A stretch of DNA of 62,739 nt, counting the filler, from Asterionella formosa (taxonomy: Eukaryota), in assembly GCA_002256025.1 (NCBI GenBank). It is 9 parts of 9 records of this genome, joined end to end, with 100 filler letters (N's around TTAATTAATTAA, not from the genome) between each part and the next. Parts side by side here need not be neighbours in the genome. Positions count along the whole stretch, not along the records: positions 30,629 to 56,115 come from NKIB01001946.1; positions 56,216 to 57,771 come from NKIB01001947.1; positions 57,872 to 59,427 come from NKIB01001948.1; 6 more parts are not named here. One strand, 5' to 3'. Of the stretch, positions 48,333 to 59,527 are shown in pieces; the stretch's first letter is position 1; each line of letters opens with the position of its first letter. Position numbers and translations under genes: made by a program. The notes beneath the pieces were generated by a model, which had not been told where the DNA came from, searched no databases, and saw nothing but the letters and a program-made list of their open reading frames with translations.

Positions 48333-50548
48333 TTCTCTTCGTCTTTCTACGATGGAAGGAGTTCTATATGACGTAGTGAATAAATGGTCAAGTACAAAGG
48401 CTGGTGGTCAATGTTTGACGAGCAAAGGTTTGCCTAACAAAGGTTTGCCTTCGCAGGCGTTCTCTTTCCAAATTTAATTTTATAGTTCGTGTAACAATAA
48501 AAGTAATAAATTGCAACAGTTTACACGCGATGAACTGATGATTACTGTGTGGTCCTCAAGATATATTATGATCATTTATGAATAAATGTATAAATACAGT
48601 ACCGGTTCCAAGACATGGAATTCTACTACCGGAATGTATGGATGGATGGTGATGGCACTCGATTCCTTAGCTAATGCCCCCTCATCGTCCCGTTATACTT
48701 GATTTTCGACACCATCTGTGGTACTACCAGGTACAGCCAATGAATGTTGCTGATCACGCATCAAATGACCTCATCGCTCATTTGGGACTTCTGCCTTGAC
48801 ACCCCTGTTCTCTCGAGAAATAGAAGACTTAAGTGCCACACTTTTATATATATAGTATTTTTCTCGGATGCTTTCTAGTGCACGTCTCAGGAACGAAGGA
48901 CGTGGCTGATGACACTTCACCCAAGAAATGGAAAGACCCCGGTGCAAAGTATGTTGCAGCTGGACTCGTATAGTAATTCTTGACCGATGTAGAATTAGGT
49001 ACATGTCAAAAAAGACTCAGATCACCATAAGTAACAACAGTGCCAGGTCCTTGCTGCGGATGGGTTGTGGTCTCGGCGGCACGAATGAAAATTTGATATA
49101 AGATTCCAGTGATTGCACCAGGTAATGATTGTTCATATGTTCGCACAGCTCACAAGGTGGTGAACGAGAACGGGGCATCCTCAAAAAAGAATCTCAAATG
49201 AATCTCGGATGTCTGGATGCAATTGCATCGTGAATGGTCATCCCATCCTGAGGAATTTAGGGTCATCCTTGTGGGGAATTCGAATCGGCACATCACGCAC
49301 GGGAAAGAACTTGGTATCCTCCTTGGTTCCTTCAACTAGGAGAAGGGTGGTTTTCATGTCTCACCGAAATTTTATCATACATGTATGGATAGTATTTTGT
49401 ATGAGATACGGGGATCCTTTCCCTGGCATGGTTGACGGTCGCTTGTCGACAAAACCATCCGGTACCGGTATGTGAATCTATCAGGCAATGTCTAATGGTG
49501 TCAAGTGTCAACATTACATTGGTCGGAAAAATTCGTGACAACGAATTTGCTGATCACGTTAGAGAACTCGGTTATCAGAATCTGTTCATGTCGACAGGTG
49601 TCCGAGGACTAGATGTAGTGTGAGGAATGTCTAAATGGAAATGCCATGTAAACAGTATTTAATGGCTAAGAAGATTTACCGGTATTTATGTAGCAGAATA
49701 ATATAATAAGCAAACGAGCGGCGCGAGAAAGAGCTCTTGACCGGTCATTCCAGGGCAGTACTGTACTTGAGCACTTGATAAGCAATGTTAGTTTTCACTT
49801 CAAATCAAAACTTTTATCATAGTAGGGTGCATGCATACATAACATTTAGTACCGGTATGATGGACCACCGCTCTAGCTTATACGTGCCATGGAGTGCAAC
49901 AACAGCGAATTTCTGTAGAAATACATATACTACCGGTCTACTTCCGGTATATCGGTACCATGAACTGATAGTAAGAATTGCGCCATTAAAAGTTTAATAA
50001 ATTTGTTACTATGATGGGTGGATTCCAATCTCTCACATGGCTGATGGTTTGTATGTAGGCGAAATCCTTCGATATATAAAGGAATATTTTTATGAGCAGA
50101 GTCGAGTGTTGAGTCAACATCCTAGATGATAGCTTGTCAGAGGCAGTCATCGGGCATTGGCTTGAGGATCAACCACAACCACATGCTCAACTCCCTGAGA
50201 CAATACATGGTGGGACATTTGTACAGCATTTATATAGGAATACTCTGGCTGACGCACACCAGTTTGGTTTATTTTTGTTTTTAGACTAGTAGAGCCCAGT
50301 AATGAACGTTTTATGCAAACTTATTCAGTTTCAACTCACTCCCAAGAATGACTTGTTCCATGCCTACTGGAAGTGGAGATAAGCTTTTTTTCATTCCAAA
50401 CTCTCTTAAATAACTTTCTCTAATGTTAAATTGTCATTTATCAAATCCAAGTTTTGTTCTGATCATCGAAATCGAGTTTACCTAGCTACTACTGGTCATG
50501 AAATTCAGCAACTGGAAGACGGTTTGCTTACAGGGCTCACCAATCAGT

Positions 50549-50647
50549 AATTTCTAGTCGAAGTCAGCAATTTCTAGTCATAGCTAGTCAGCAAATTCTA
50601 TGTAGTCGCTGTCAGCAAGTTCTATTCGTAGTCAGCAGATTTGTAGC
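50549..50647. repeat. Four irregularly spaced copies of GTCAGCA(A/G)nTT(C/T)
   Basis: AGTCAGCAATTTCTA, AGTCAGCAAATTCTA, TGTCAGCAAGTTCTA and AGTCAGCAGATTTGTA within ~100 bp. Confidence 0.6.
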
Positions 50648-53600
50648 TGTATGTAGACATCAAATGGATGAGGGATTGTAAACAAAAGAGTCATTTTGAA
50701 AATGTCAATTCCTCACTATTAATTGATATTATCAAAAGAGAGAATTAAACAAAAAAATTCGACCTACAGATTACCGTAGTGTAGCGTGTTGCATAATGTG
50801 AAAGTGTCAGATCTGTTTGTATCACCATCATTCTGAATTGCGCATCTATGGCTGGATGCAATTTTTGGGGCCACCGGATAGACCCTGTAGGCCTAGTATT
50901 AGCATAAACCCTAAACCTATGGTATATAATATTTTGCGCCTGGATTGGCATGTTACTATAATCACATCCACCATGTTGTTATTATTCTGTTGCTTTACTC
51001 AACAATAGAACATCCTCCCATGCCGCTTCAAATAGCTTTTTTTCCGCCATGAGTAGCACTACTATTAAACACCGGAAGTGGTGGTATGGGACGACACAAT
51101 TTGCTTTATATATGAACTATTTTGTGTTGGGCACGGAGATCCACGCCTACATGACCAACGGTTTTACACTCTTGAGCTTGATAGTGGGCAAGCTGGAGTT
51201 GAAACTGTACAGGAATGTCTCAAATATGATCATTCTTTTACGATTGCTGTATTTTCGTCTTTGTTGCGCTTAATACACGCACGTACACAATTGCAAAGTG
51301 TCAAATCACATGCTCATGTGCAATCCCCATGCTTCATAGAAGGGAAGTGAATCAGAAAGTATACAACATCCAGTAAAAAATAACCAAAATAATCACCCCC
51401 TTCCCAATCAACTCATTGTTGTTTTTATCTCTGAAGCAAGTAATACCTTGAAACTTATCTCTTTGATATAATGTTGTTAAGGAATTAGGAGAAGGACAAG
51501 TTGGCCGCAGCATGTCTATGGTTGCATTGCCTACCATATTCTTAGCATTGGGGTTGGCAGCCTGTAGCTGTTGTTTGCTTCTCCGAATCATACAGTGTTG
51601 ATCTGCCTTGATATTCTGTAATTGTGCATAGGCTCAGCATCAGTGCCTCCCATGCTGTTTGATTCTGCTAGCTAAGAATAATTTGATTTTTCCGGGCAAG
51701 TTCCAATTATTTTATCAATCACAATGTTTCTTTGAAATTGGAGCTTGACTCTCAAAAAAATGCAACATCGTTCATGCCATCAGAACAACTGAATTGATGG
51801 TGCACTTGTATTTTGTTGCCTTCTTCTTTGTCTTTGCTGTTCTTGTCACTGCTTTCTTGTACGACAAATCAGTCTGATACTGTGGAGGTTGACGGCGCTG
51901 TAAAGAGAGAATCCATCTAACAGAACAAGTAAAGAATAATGCATGAAAATCAGTACATTGCAATCACCCCGGCGTTTCAGTTATTATTGGCATTGTTGCT
52001 TACTCGCCCTTTGCTGCTGCGTATGTCACCATTTCTTTCAAAATTACCTGCTCTTGCCTGGTAAGGGTCAACCATACTATATGATTTGATTGATGTAATT
52101 GAATTTGCAGTGAGCAAAAAGAGTAAGCGACACAAATCCACAATAATGATTAACATGTAGCCCTATCCACCAGCGCCCCAAGATACTCAGTTGGAATGGC
52201 TCATAAAAATCGTTCCATTCTTGTAAAGTTTCTTTTTATAATGGATTTGGGTAGCACGCACCAGCAGCATTCGAAATCATACTACATAATTCTTAAAAAT
52301 ATTCATAATTAAATGAACTAAAAATATTATTAGATCCTATGTAAATCCTAGAGAGGGATATACTGCTACTACTAGTTGGTCAAATCCGAAATAGGTCATG
52401 TTGCCAAATTGGTCAAGTCACGCACCTCTACCCAAAGTCTCGAGTTACTCAGCTACCACCACAGCTGGCTTTGAGCTAATAAAAAAAATTGTCGATATGA
52501 ATAGCTTGAGCAATGAGGCCGACTGCCACCATTTACACTTGACAATTAGCTTCTCCTTGCACAGATAGTCTAGTTGGTAGTGGAGCACTGTAGCTTGTAG
52601 TATGTACTTCTATCATCATGACATGTTGAAGCCAAATCCAGACACAAACTTAAACCTAGTAGTACTAGCTACCTGCTGCATTACCTAGATTTTGAAAATG
52701 GAAGAGTATAGGTCTGTCTACCAGTGTCATGCATGGAATGGTGCAAATTAATAGAATCTATATAGAGTTGTGCTATTGAGATATGCTTGTTCTCTCACAG
52801 TAATCAGGTTGACAAGAACATGTTTGAGGCACTGGCATTTGAGATTTTTCTTCTGTGAACAAAGCATCATCAATGAAGGCAGATTGTACCAGCAGGTAGT
52901 AGACTGCCATGGTCAGCTGGAATTTGAACAAACCCATTTACCTATAATTGCCAATCTATGATATGGCGTATGGGATTTTCAAGTAATGCTGTACTGTAGG
53001 GAGTGGAAAGGTCGTGTCCATATCAGTATATTGGGCTGATTGTTACCATGCATTTACTACTAAAATCAGGAATTTCGAAGAAGCAAGAAATATCGATGGT
53101 TTGCTTTTTGTTCTTTGTCATTGTAGTAAGTTCAGGTTGAAACATTCTAGTAGTATAGCAGTTTTTTGGCTAGAAGGTGAAATAAATTTTCTTGTGTAAT
53201 CCCTCCTATTGTAATAGCATTAGCTAGTAAATCACCACCAAGTTCTTGAAATATTCAATAGTGGGCTAGTGGACTTTTTAAAATCCCTATTCGGCTGGTC
53301 ACTTGGCTGATGGACATGAAAGTTCATGTTACCTACTATATTCTATAGTAATGCTCCATCCAGAAGGGCAGTCGTTCTGTGCTTGAGAGTCCTTGCTGGA
53401 CTATTTTACTATTGCTGTATATGACGTTCATTCTAAACTTGTACTACCAAGTACTTTCTACTCCACAAAGTCCCAGAACAATACACAAAAAGCGGCAAAC
53501 CTTGCTTGGTTTATACAATCAAGCGAAATTCGCCTACATTTGTAAAACACTCAATACTTGCACATTCCTGTTTCTCATCAGATTTACAATGTCATTCACA

Positions 53601-53889
53601 TGTACAGAAAGCATGATATAAGTCAATACAATGTTTTTAAGACAAACAGTCAATACAATGTTTCTTTGTCCTTTGCTTGTAATAAAATTTTCCGCTTTGA
53701 CCATTGACTTTGGAAAACTTGCCCATTGCGTGATTCATAAATCCCTTTTGTTGGAAAAACTACAAACAAAAGATCTCTTCAAATATGTATTATTATATTA
53801 AATATATGATACTCTCGAGTGAGTTACACATTGAAGACGATTGTAGAGAGGGGCACAACATACCAACAACAACATCATATTTCATTTTT

Positions 53890-54976
53890 CTACTTGCTCG
53901 CTTTCTCCTCGTCTTCTTTCTTCGCTGCTGCCTCTCGCTCGGCAGCATCCGCCACAAGACCTGCATGAGATTGTTCCAATCCTGCAGCAATCATGGCCAA
54001 ACTGAGTGGTGATTTTCCAGTAACAACCACAGATGCCACGGACAATTCCACCATGGATTCGTCGTCTTGTTCGTCAACTATTTCTTCAATGGCATAACCA
54101 GCAAATTCTTGACAGTCCTTTCCTTCCAGAATGTATGCAGTAATTTGTTGTGGTCCAGGTGGTTCCTGTCTGGGGGCGCGCTCTAGGTATGCCATTATAT
54201 CAGGTGCCAAGGTGGGTGAGTTTGTAATGACACGAACAGTAGTCCGAGTTCCAGGAACATGTCCCTCTGGACAGTACAAGTGGTCAGACAAGGATAGGTT
54301 GTCTTTAGTTTTTTGTGTCACTTCATCAAATAGTTCAAAGGCCAGGTCATCTGATCCTGCTTCAGGCATGGGCTTTGTCGTCTTGACCTTGAGTGGAGAA
54401 ATTTTCGGTTGTTCCAATCCCGCCAATTTGAGATCCAATGGTTTGGTGATACGCCATGATGATTTCTTCAAGGGGGTGACACCGTCGCCATTGAGGGCCC
54501 AATTGAAGGCGTAGATTTGTCCTGGATATTCATTCGGGAACTTTTCTGAGACTCCAACTCTCTTGATGGATTCTGGCAATCCTCCTGGCAAGCCCCCATC
54601 GACCTTTGGGATATTGGATGCTATGTTATATAAATTTAATAGTGTTCCGTAAACATTATGGTTTACATGTTAATCAAGTAATTAAAAAGCAAGAAGTTAG
54701 TTTTGTAGAATACGCAAATACTTGATGGAATAATACAGAAATAAAAGAAATGAATAGGGATATATCCGATACAACAATAAGTTACTATTAAGTAAAGAGT
54801 AGTCGAGTGCTGTTGTTGTATCGTATTTCTCCTAAAAGCAATAGATAATTCGTCGTTTCTTCCGCAAAAGCAAGCATTGCATACGCCGCGAGGAACTTAC
54901 AAAAGGATCGAATCGCAGTTCGACTGGACTGTGGAGCGCGTCGTATCAGAAACAACAAGGCTGATGGTCGGCTCAT
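53890..54976 (-). CDS. Putative mitochondrial protein with PEP-carboxykinase N-terminal-like region (exons 54976-54901, 54620-53890)
   Basis: Presequence MSRPSALLFLIRRAPQSSRTAIRSF and a phase-1 GT-AG intron at 54621-54900. YAFNWAL.GDGVTP and LSLSDHLYCPEG..TRTTVRVITNS resemble PEPCK-like proteins. The gene model is well supported; the product call is tentative. Confidence 0.6.
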
Positions 54977-55315
54977 GATGGTGTTTACGATGAGGATATT
55001 TATTAGATTTTGTTGCTGCCGCGGCTGTGGTTGCTAGCTCATTGGCTCGAACAAATCGTTGCACGAGGCATGCTGGCCCAACAGGCAGACGCCTTGGTAA
55101 TGACTACCAGTACCGGTAGTTGGACTACCCGGGAGTACGTCTCAGCTGGGAGCACATACAGCACCGGTATATATTCTTTCGTAGATGTAATCGTTCGTAG
55201 AATACTCATACTGTACCAGTTGTAGATATAATTCGCATTTTGCTTTTTCCTCCTCATATATCCCTTCTGACAAAAAGCAAAACCATTCTCAGGAGAAGAT
55301 TACAAAATAATAGTG

Positions 55316-56115
55316 ATGAAGAGGACGAACCTTCCATCCCGTTTTCCGGTATGTCGCTTATTGGCTCGTCGCCATGAAGCATTCCGTGCGCTGACAATTA
55401 CAAATACAAGAACAACTACAACCTCAACGAGGACTCCTTTCTATGGAACTCCTCGTCCAACTTTCTCGTCGTCGTCATCGTCGTCCTCTCTTTTGTTCCT
55501 TCCGCCCACAGTCCAAGTTGCCGTTTCCTCCGCCGTTGCTGCCTTTCAAGATCCAACTCGCGCTGACGCTGTTGCTGCATTGGGAGAAGTCACGGGTCAT
55601 TTTGCTCTATCGGCAATGCACAAGACCATGTTGGAAGACCCTGTTGGTCGGGCTATTTTACAAGACCGACCCATTGTGAGTCAAGCCACAGTGCCAAACG
55701 ACAACGAGGACGACTCGACCTTTGGACATGGGTACCTGCAATTTATGAAACTTCATGGATTTGACCCGAACGATCGTGATCCTGTCCGCTATATGGACGA
55801 TACTCCGGAATTGGCATACGTTATGCTCCGCTATCGGCAATGTCATGACTTTTGGCACGTTTTGACTGGATTGCCACCGACGGTAGTGGGAGAATTGGCA
55901 CTCAAGTGGTTGGAGCTATTGCAGATGGGACTCCCGGTTGCGGCATTGGCAGTTACTGCGGGGAGCTTCACCTTGACTGCACCAGAGCGACACTTACTCC
56001 ATCAACACTACTTGCCGTGGGCTATAAGAATGAGCCGCCAATCCAAATATCTGCTCAATGTTTACTATGAGAAAGAGTGGGAAACTAGCTTGGACGAGCT
56101 GAGAAAAAGAATCAA
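55316..56115 (+). CDS. COQ4: Ubiquinone biosynthesis protein COQ4 (3' end truncated)
   Basis: DPTRADAVAALGE, GRAILQDRP, YVMLRYRQCHDFWHVLTGL...GELALKWLE (HDxxH...E motif), LLNVYYEK. Mitochondrial-type presequence. Confidence 0.95.
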
Positions 56116-56855
56116 NNNNNNNNNNNNNNNNNNNNNNNNNNNNNNNNNNNNNNNNNNNNTTAATTAATTAANNNNNNNNNNNNNNNNNNNNNNNNNNNNN
56201 NNNNNNNNNNNNNNNCATTCTCACTTACAGTGGCCGTGAGGCGAGCTGCGTTCATCATGGTTGACAGTAAATCAGAGAAGCAATAACAGAAAAGGATGGA
56301 ACGATTTCTGGTTTGGTCGGTGATTGTTACTCCCTGGTCTCGTACATGTGGTGAGACTTTTATTTAACAAATTAATATATAGGTATACGTATGAAATCTA
56401 AATATACCGTACCCGGTTGAATAAAATACCTGGCTATAACCGTGGATTTTAGAACCGGTGTGTACATCTCATGCACACACTATACCAGTACGGCAAATGC
56501 TGTACACAGGTAGGAGCAATCCACGTTTCTTACGCTCGACTGAGTCGTTCCTTGCTTACGAAAACGGCAGCTGCTATGTAGTACCAGGTACCCCTGGTAC
56601 CAGGTACCTGGTGAGCGATCCTGCGCATCGATACAGATGTATATAGGATTAGGGTTATATCAAATAAATCAGAACTCAATTATGAGAGAACTCGACTAAC
56701 TCCTATTGTATACTTTGGTGTCAACTTAGGAAACGAGTTGTACATAAGAATTAATGAATAAGCTCATATATTCAACAAATACTACTACTTCTAGTTAGAT
56801 CCTTCACTGTCAATTTTACAACGATAATTTTACTCCAAGTGTTTTTTGTGGAAGA

Positions 56856-57771
56856 GTGCATCCTATTGTCAACGCAGCTTGTCGCGCATGGGATCGTCAG
56901 GCGACTGTTTGTCATCAAGCTCAACAAGCCAGTTGTACATACCAGGATAATTGTGGCCCTTGCCCGGTACATCCTGAAGGTCCACATACTTGGGGCAATT
57001 GTTTTCAGAATCCTGGTACTCAAGGTAGTCGAGCAGGTCTCATCGCTGGTCGTCATAATGGACGTGGCCATTCCAGTTTTGGTGGACAAGGACATTTTGG
57101 TGGTTGTGGAGGCGGCTCACACAGCAATCCAATGGAAGTCTACCATACTGACACTGCTGACCCTGTGCCTGTTCCACTTGCTCATATGTTAAATGCATAG
57201 GGTCATAACACTCATCCATCTGGTGGGGGTACTGTGCCAAGTGCTGATCCTACCGAGAATACAGCTGCCCAAGAATTTTCAGTGGTCAAAAATCCTCCTG
57301 CTGGTCAGATAGTGACTTTTGTCCCTACTACACAACAGCAGATTGCTGATTGCCATCACAGAGGTATATGCGATAATAGCGATGCAATTCATAATGACTC
57401 ATTGCGAATATCTCACGTTAGTCATCACCTGAATAATATTGTTTATTAACAGGTTGAATACACTATGAATACTGCTGTTGCTGTTACGCGGGACAAATAT
57501 AAATGCATCGATGGACATGACGTTCCACATACATATCAGGGTCCAATTCCGGTTTGCTGTTTTATTTCTAAGGATAAATTAACGTCAATTGATTTGATTC
57601 CGGTGTCTCTTTTAGCGCCACGATTGATGAATGCTTTACCTATGCATAAATTACTACAAGTATTATTTGATAGTGGAGGATCCTTATCCTTAATACATGA
57701 ACGGGTTATGCTTCAAGGTATTTCTTTGTCTTACGAGACTTCCCAAATAATACATACCATAGCTGGTACTT
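56856..57771 (+). mobile_element. Degenerate Ty3/gypsy-like gag zinc knuckle + aspartic protease
   Basis: CPVHPEGPHTWGNCFQNP knuckle followed by a Gly-rich tract, then LQVLFDSGGSLSLI retroviral-type protease motif. Stops lie between the two. Confidence 0.7.
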
Positions 57772-57871
57772 NNNNNNNNNNNNNNNNNNNNNNNNNNNNN
57801 NNNNNNNNNNNNNNNTTAATTAATTAANNNNNNNNNNNNNNNNNNNNNNNNNNNNNNNNNNNNNNNNNNNN

Positions 57872-59427
57872 TTCCACTGTTCGCTAACAAGTTGTTTTCA
57901 TCTCCCACCCACTCTGCAAATGGATCAAGACCAAGTACCCATTCATCTTCGAGAGTCTTAGCAGCAAAAATGATGGCACACATAATTGGATTCCCATTTG
58001 CAGCTGTAAACCCAAGAACGGTAAAGTGTGCATCTTTATGTGCCGATCTTTGCTGTGGTCGCTCACCCTTTCCACAGAGAAATAACTCTCCCCCCAAATT
58101 GCCATCTTTAGTTTGAGATGTGTTTGATCCCACCTCATCAACAAAAGCAGCTGGTCAGGACGAATCAAATTATGCTTTGTCTGGAGTCCCAATGCATCCT
58201 TTTCCTCAAGTACCACTACTCCTTCTTTATTCAACCATTCCTTATTTGGTAATTCAACAGCAATCCCTCCCGCAACCATCTCCTTGTACACTTGCTCATA
58301 CATTGCTTCAAAATTATTGTAAGTGCACCAATCGGCTCGCTTGCTTTCAAATTTAACACCACGTTTAGCGGTCACTAAGTCTTTGTTCCTTTTCATGAAC
58401 CCTCTCCAGTAACCCATTCCAAGTTTCGGATTTTTATTAGATCGGTATGCAGAAGAATGAGTTTGTCTCCATGAATTGACGGTGTCTCCTATTTTAGTTC
58501 CAGATATTAGGGAGTTGGCAAGTCGAAGACCATCACTGACAGATATAGGATTTCGCATTCGGGCAAGTTGATGAATCAATTCCACCATGTACGGTTCTAT
58601 AGCAAGCATTGGGCTTACCCTTCCATGTCGGTGCCCCATTTTTTGAGAGACTCTGTTGACAATTGTGCTTCTATTCATGAAAGTTTCTTCTGGCAGCCCA
58701 TTCCTTGCCTTTGCTTCTGTTATGATCATCGCAAGTGTTCCATTTTTTACTCGCCTCTTGGCATCTTTGAAATTTTCTTGAGCAACAGCATACAAATCAC
58801 ATATTTCCCTCATGGCAATTTCATGTCGTTGCCCAACATCTTGTACAGCAGCTGCAGTGGCACCCTTTGGTCTTCCTCCGGTTATTGTGCTGGTTGTTTG
58901 TTGACTTACACTGCCTTCTGCATCTGCTGTTCTCATCTCGCCCTCACCAAAATTCTCACAGGTATGTTTAATATTGTGTGTGTCATTCTGCTCTGCGCTT
59001 GTCAGCTCATTTAGCTTCTGGCTATCAAATGATATCTCACCACCACCCTCCTCTTCGTCCTGCTGTGTTTGAAACAAATAAAATAAATCAATTGCTGGGG
59101 TGGTTGCTGGTGCTACTGGTGAGGAATCGTAATTGGTGGGGATGGCGGGGGCAAGGTTCCTAGGAACATTAAAGTCGCTGGTCGACATTGTGGAAAGGGA
59201 AGCAAAAGTCAGAGAGGATGAGGCGGCATTACCCATAGCAGCTGAGAATGTGCTGGTCGATGTAGTAGTACTAGAGTAAATCTCATTAAATAATTTCTTA
59301 TTCTTCTTCATCTGGTACTTGACATGGTTAATTGATAGCCATGGGAGCAATCTTTTCCTAGCCTCCACCACTTTAGAAATAGTGCCATATGGCATTTTAC
59401 CTCCGTTGTTAGCCTTGATAGCTTCTA
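57872..59427 (-). mobile_element. pogo/Tigger-like (Tc1/mariner superfamily) transposase, partial, copy 1
   Basis: CENP-B-like HTH region (PMLAIEPYMVELI..LARMRNPIS..LANSLI..LGMGYWRGFMKRN). After a frameshift comes the DDE start FVDEVGSNTSQTKDG..HFTVLGFTAANGNPIMCAIIF. Confidence 0.8.
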
Positions 59428-59527
59428 NNNNNNNNNNNNNNNNNNNNNNNNNNNNNNNNNNNNNNNNNNNNTTAATTAATTAANNNNNNNNNNNNNNNNN
59501 NNNNNNNNNNNNNNNNNNNNNNNNNNN

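Noticed and set aside
50000..53800. Many short ORFs in the AT-rich intergenic region (also 4430-5900, 16200-17000, 22900-23500)
   Set aside because: No motifs, splice-consistent models or homology that I can recognise. Probably old TE debris, but unsupported.
56216..56259. Possible first micro-exon MMNAARLTAT followed by a GTAAGT donor on the minus strand
   Set aside because: Plausible but only 10 codons at a contig end, so no product can be supported.
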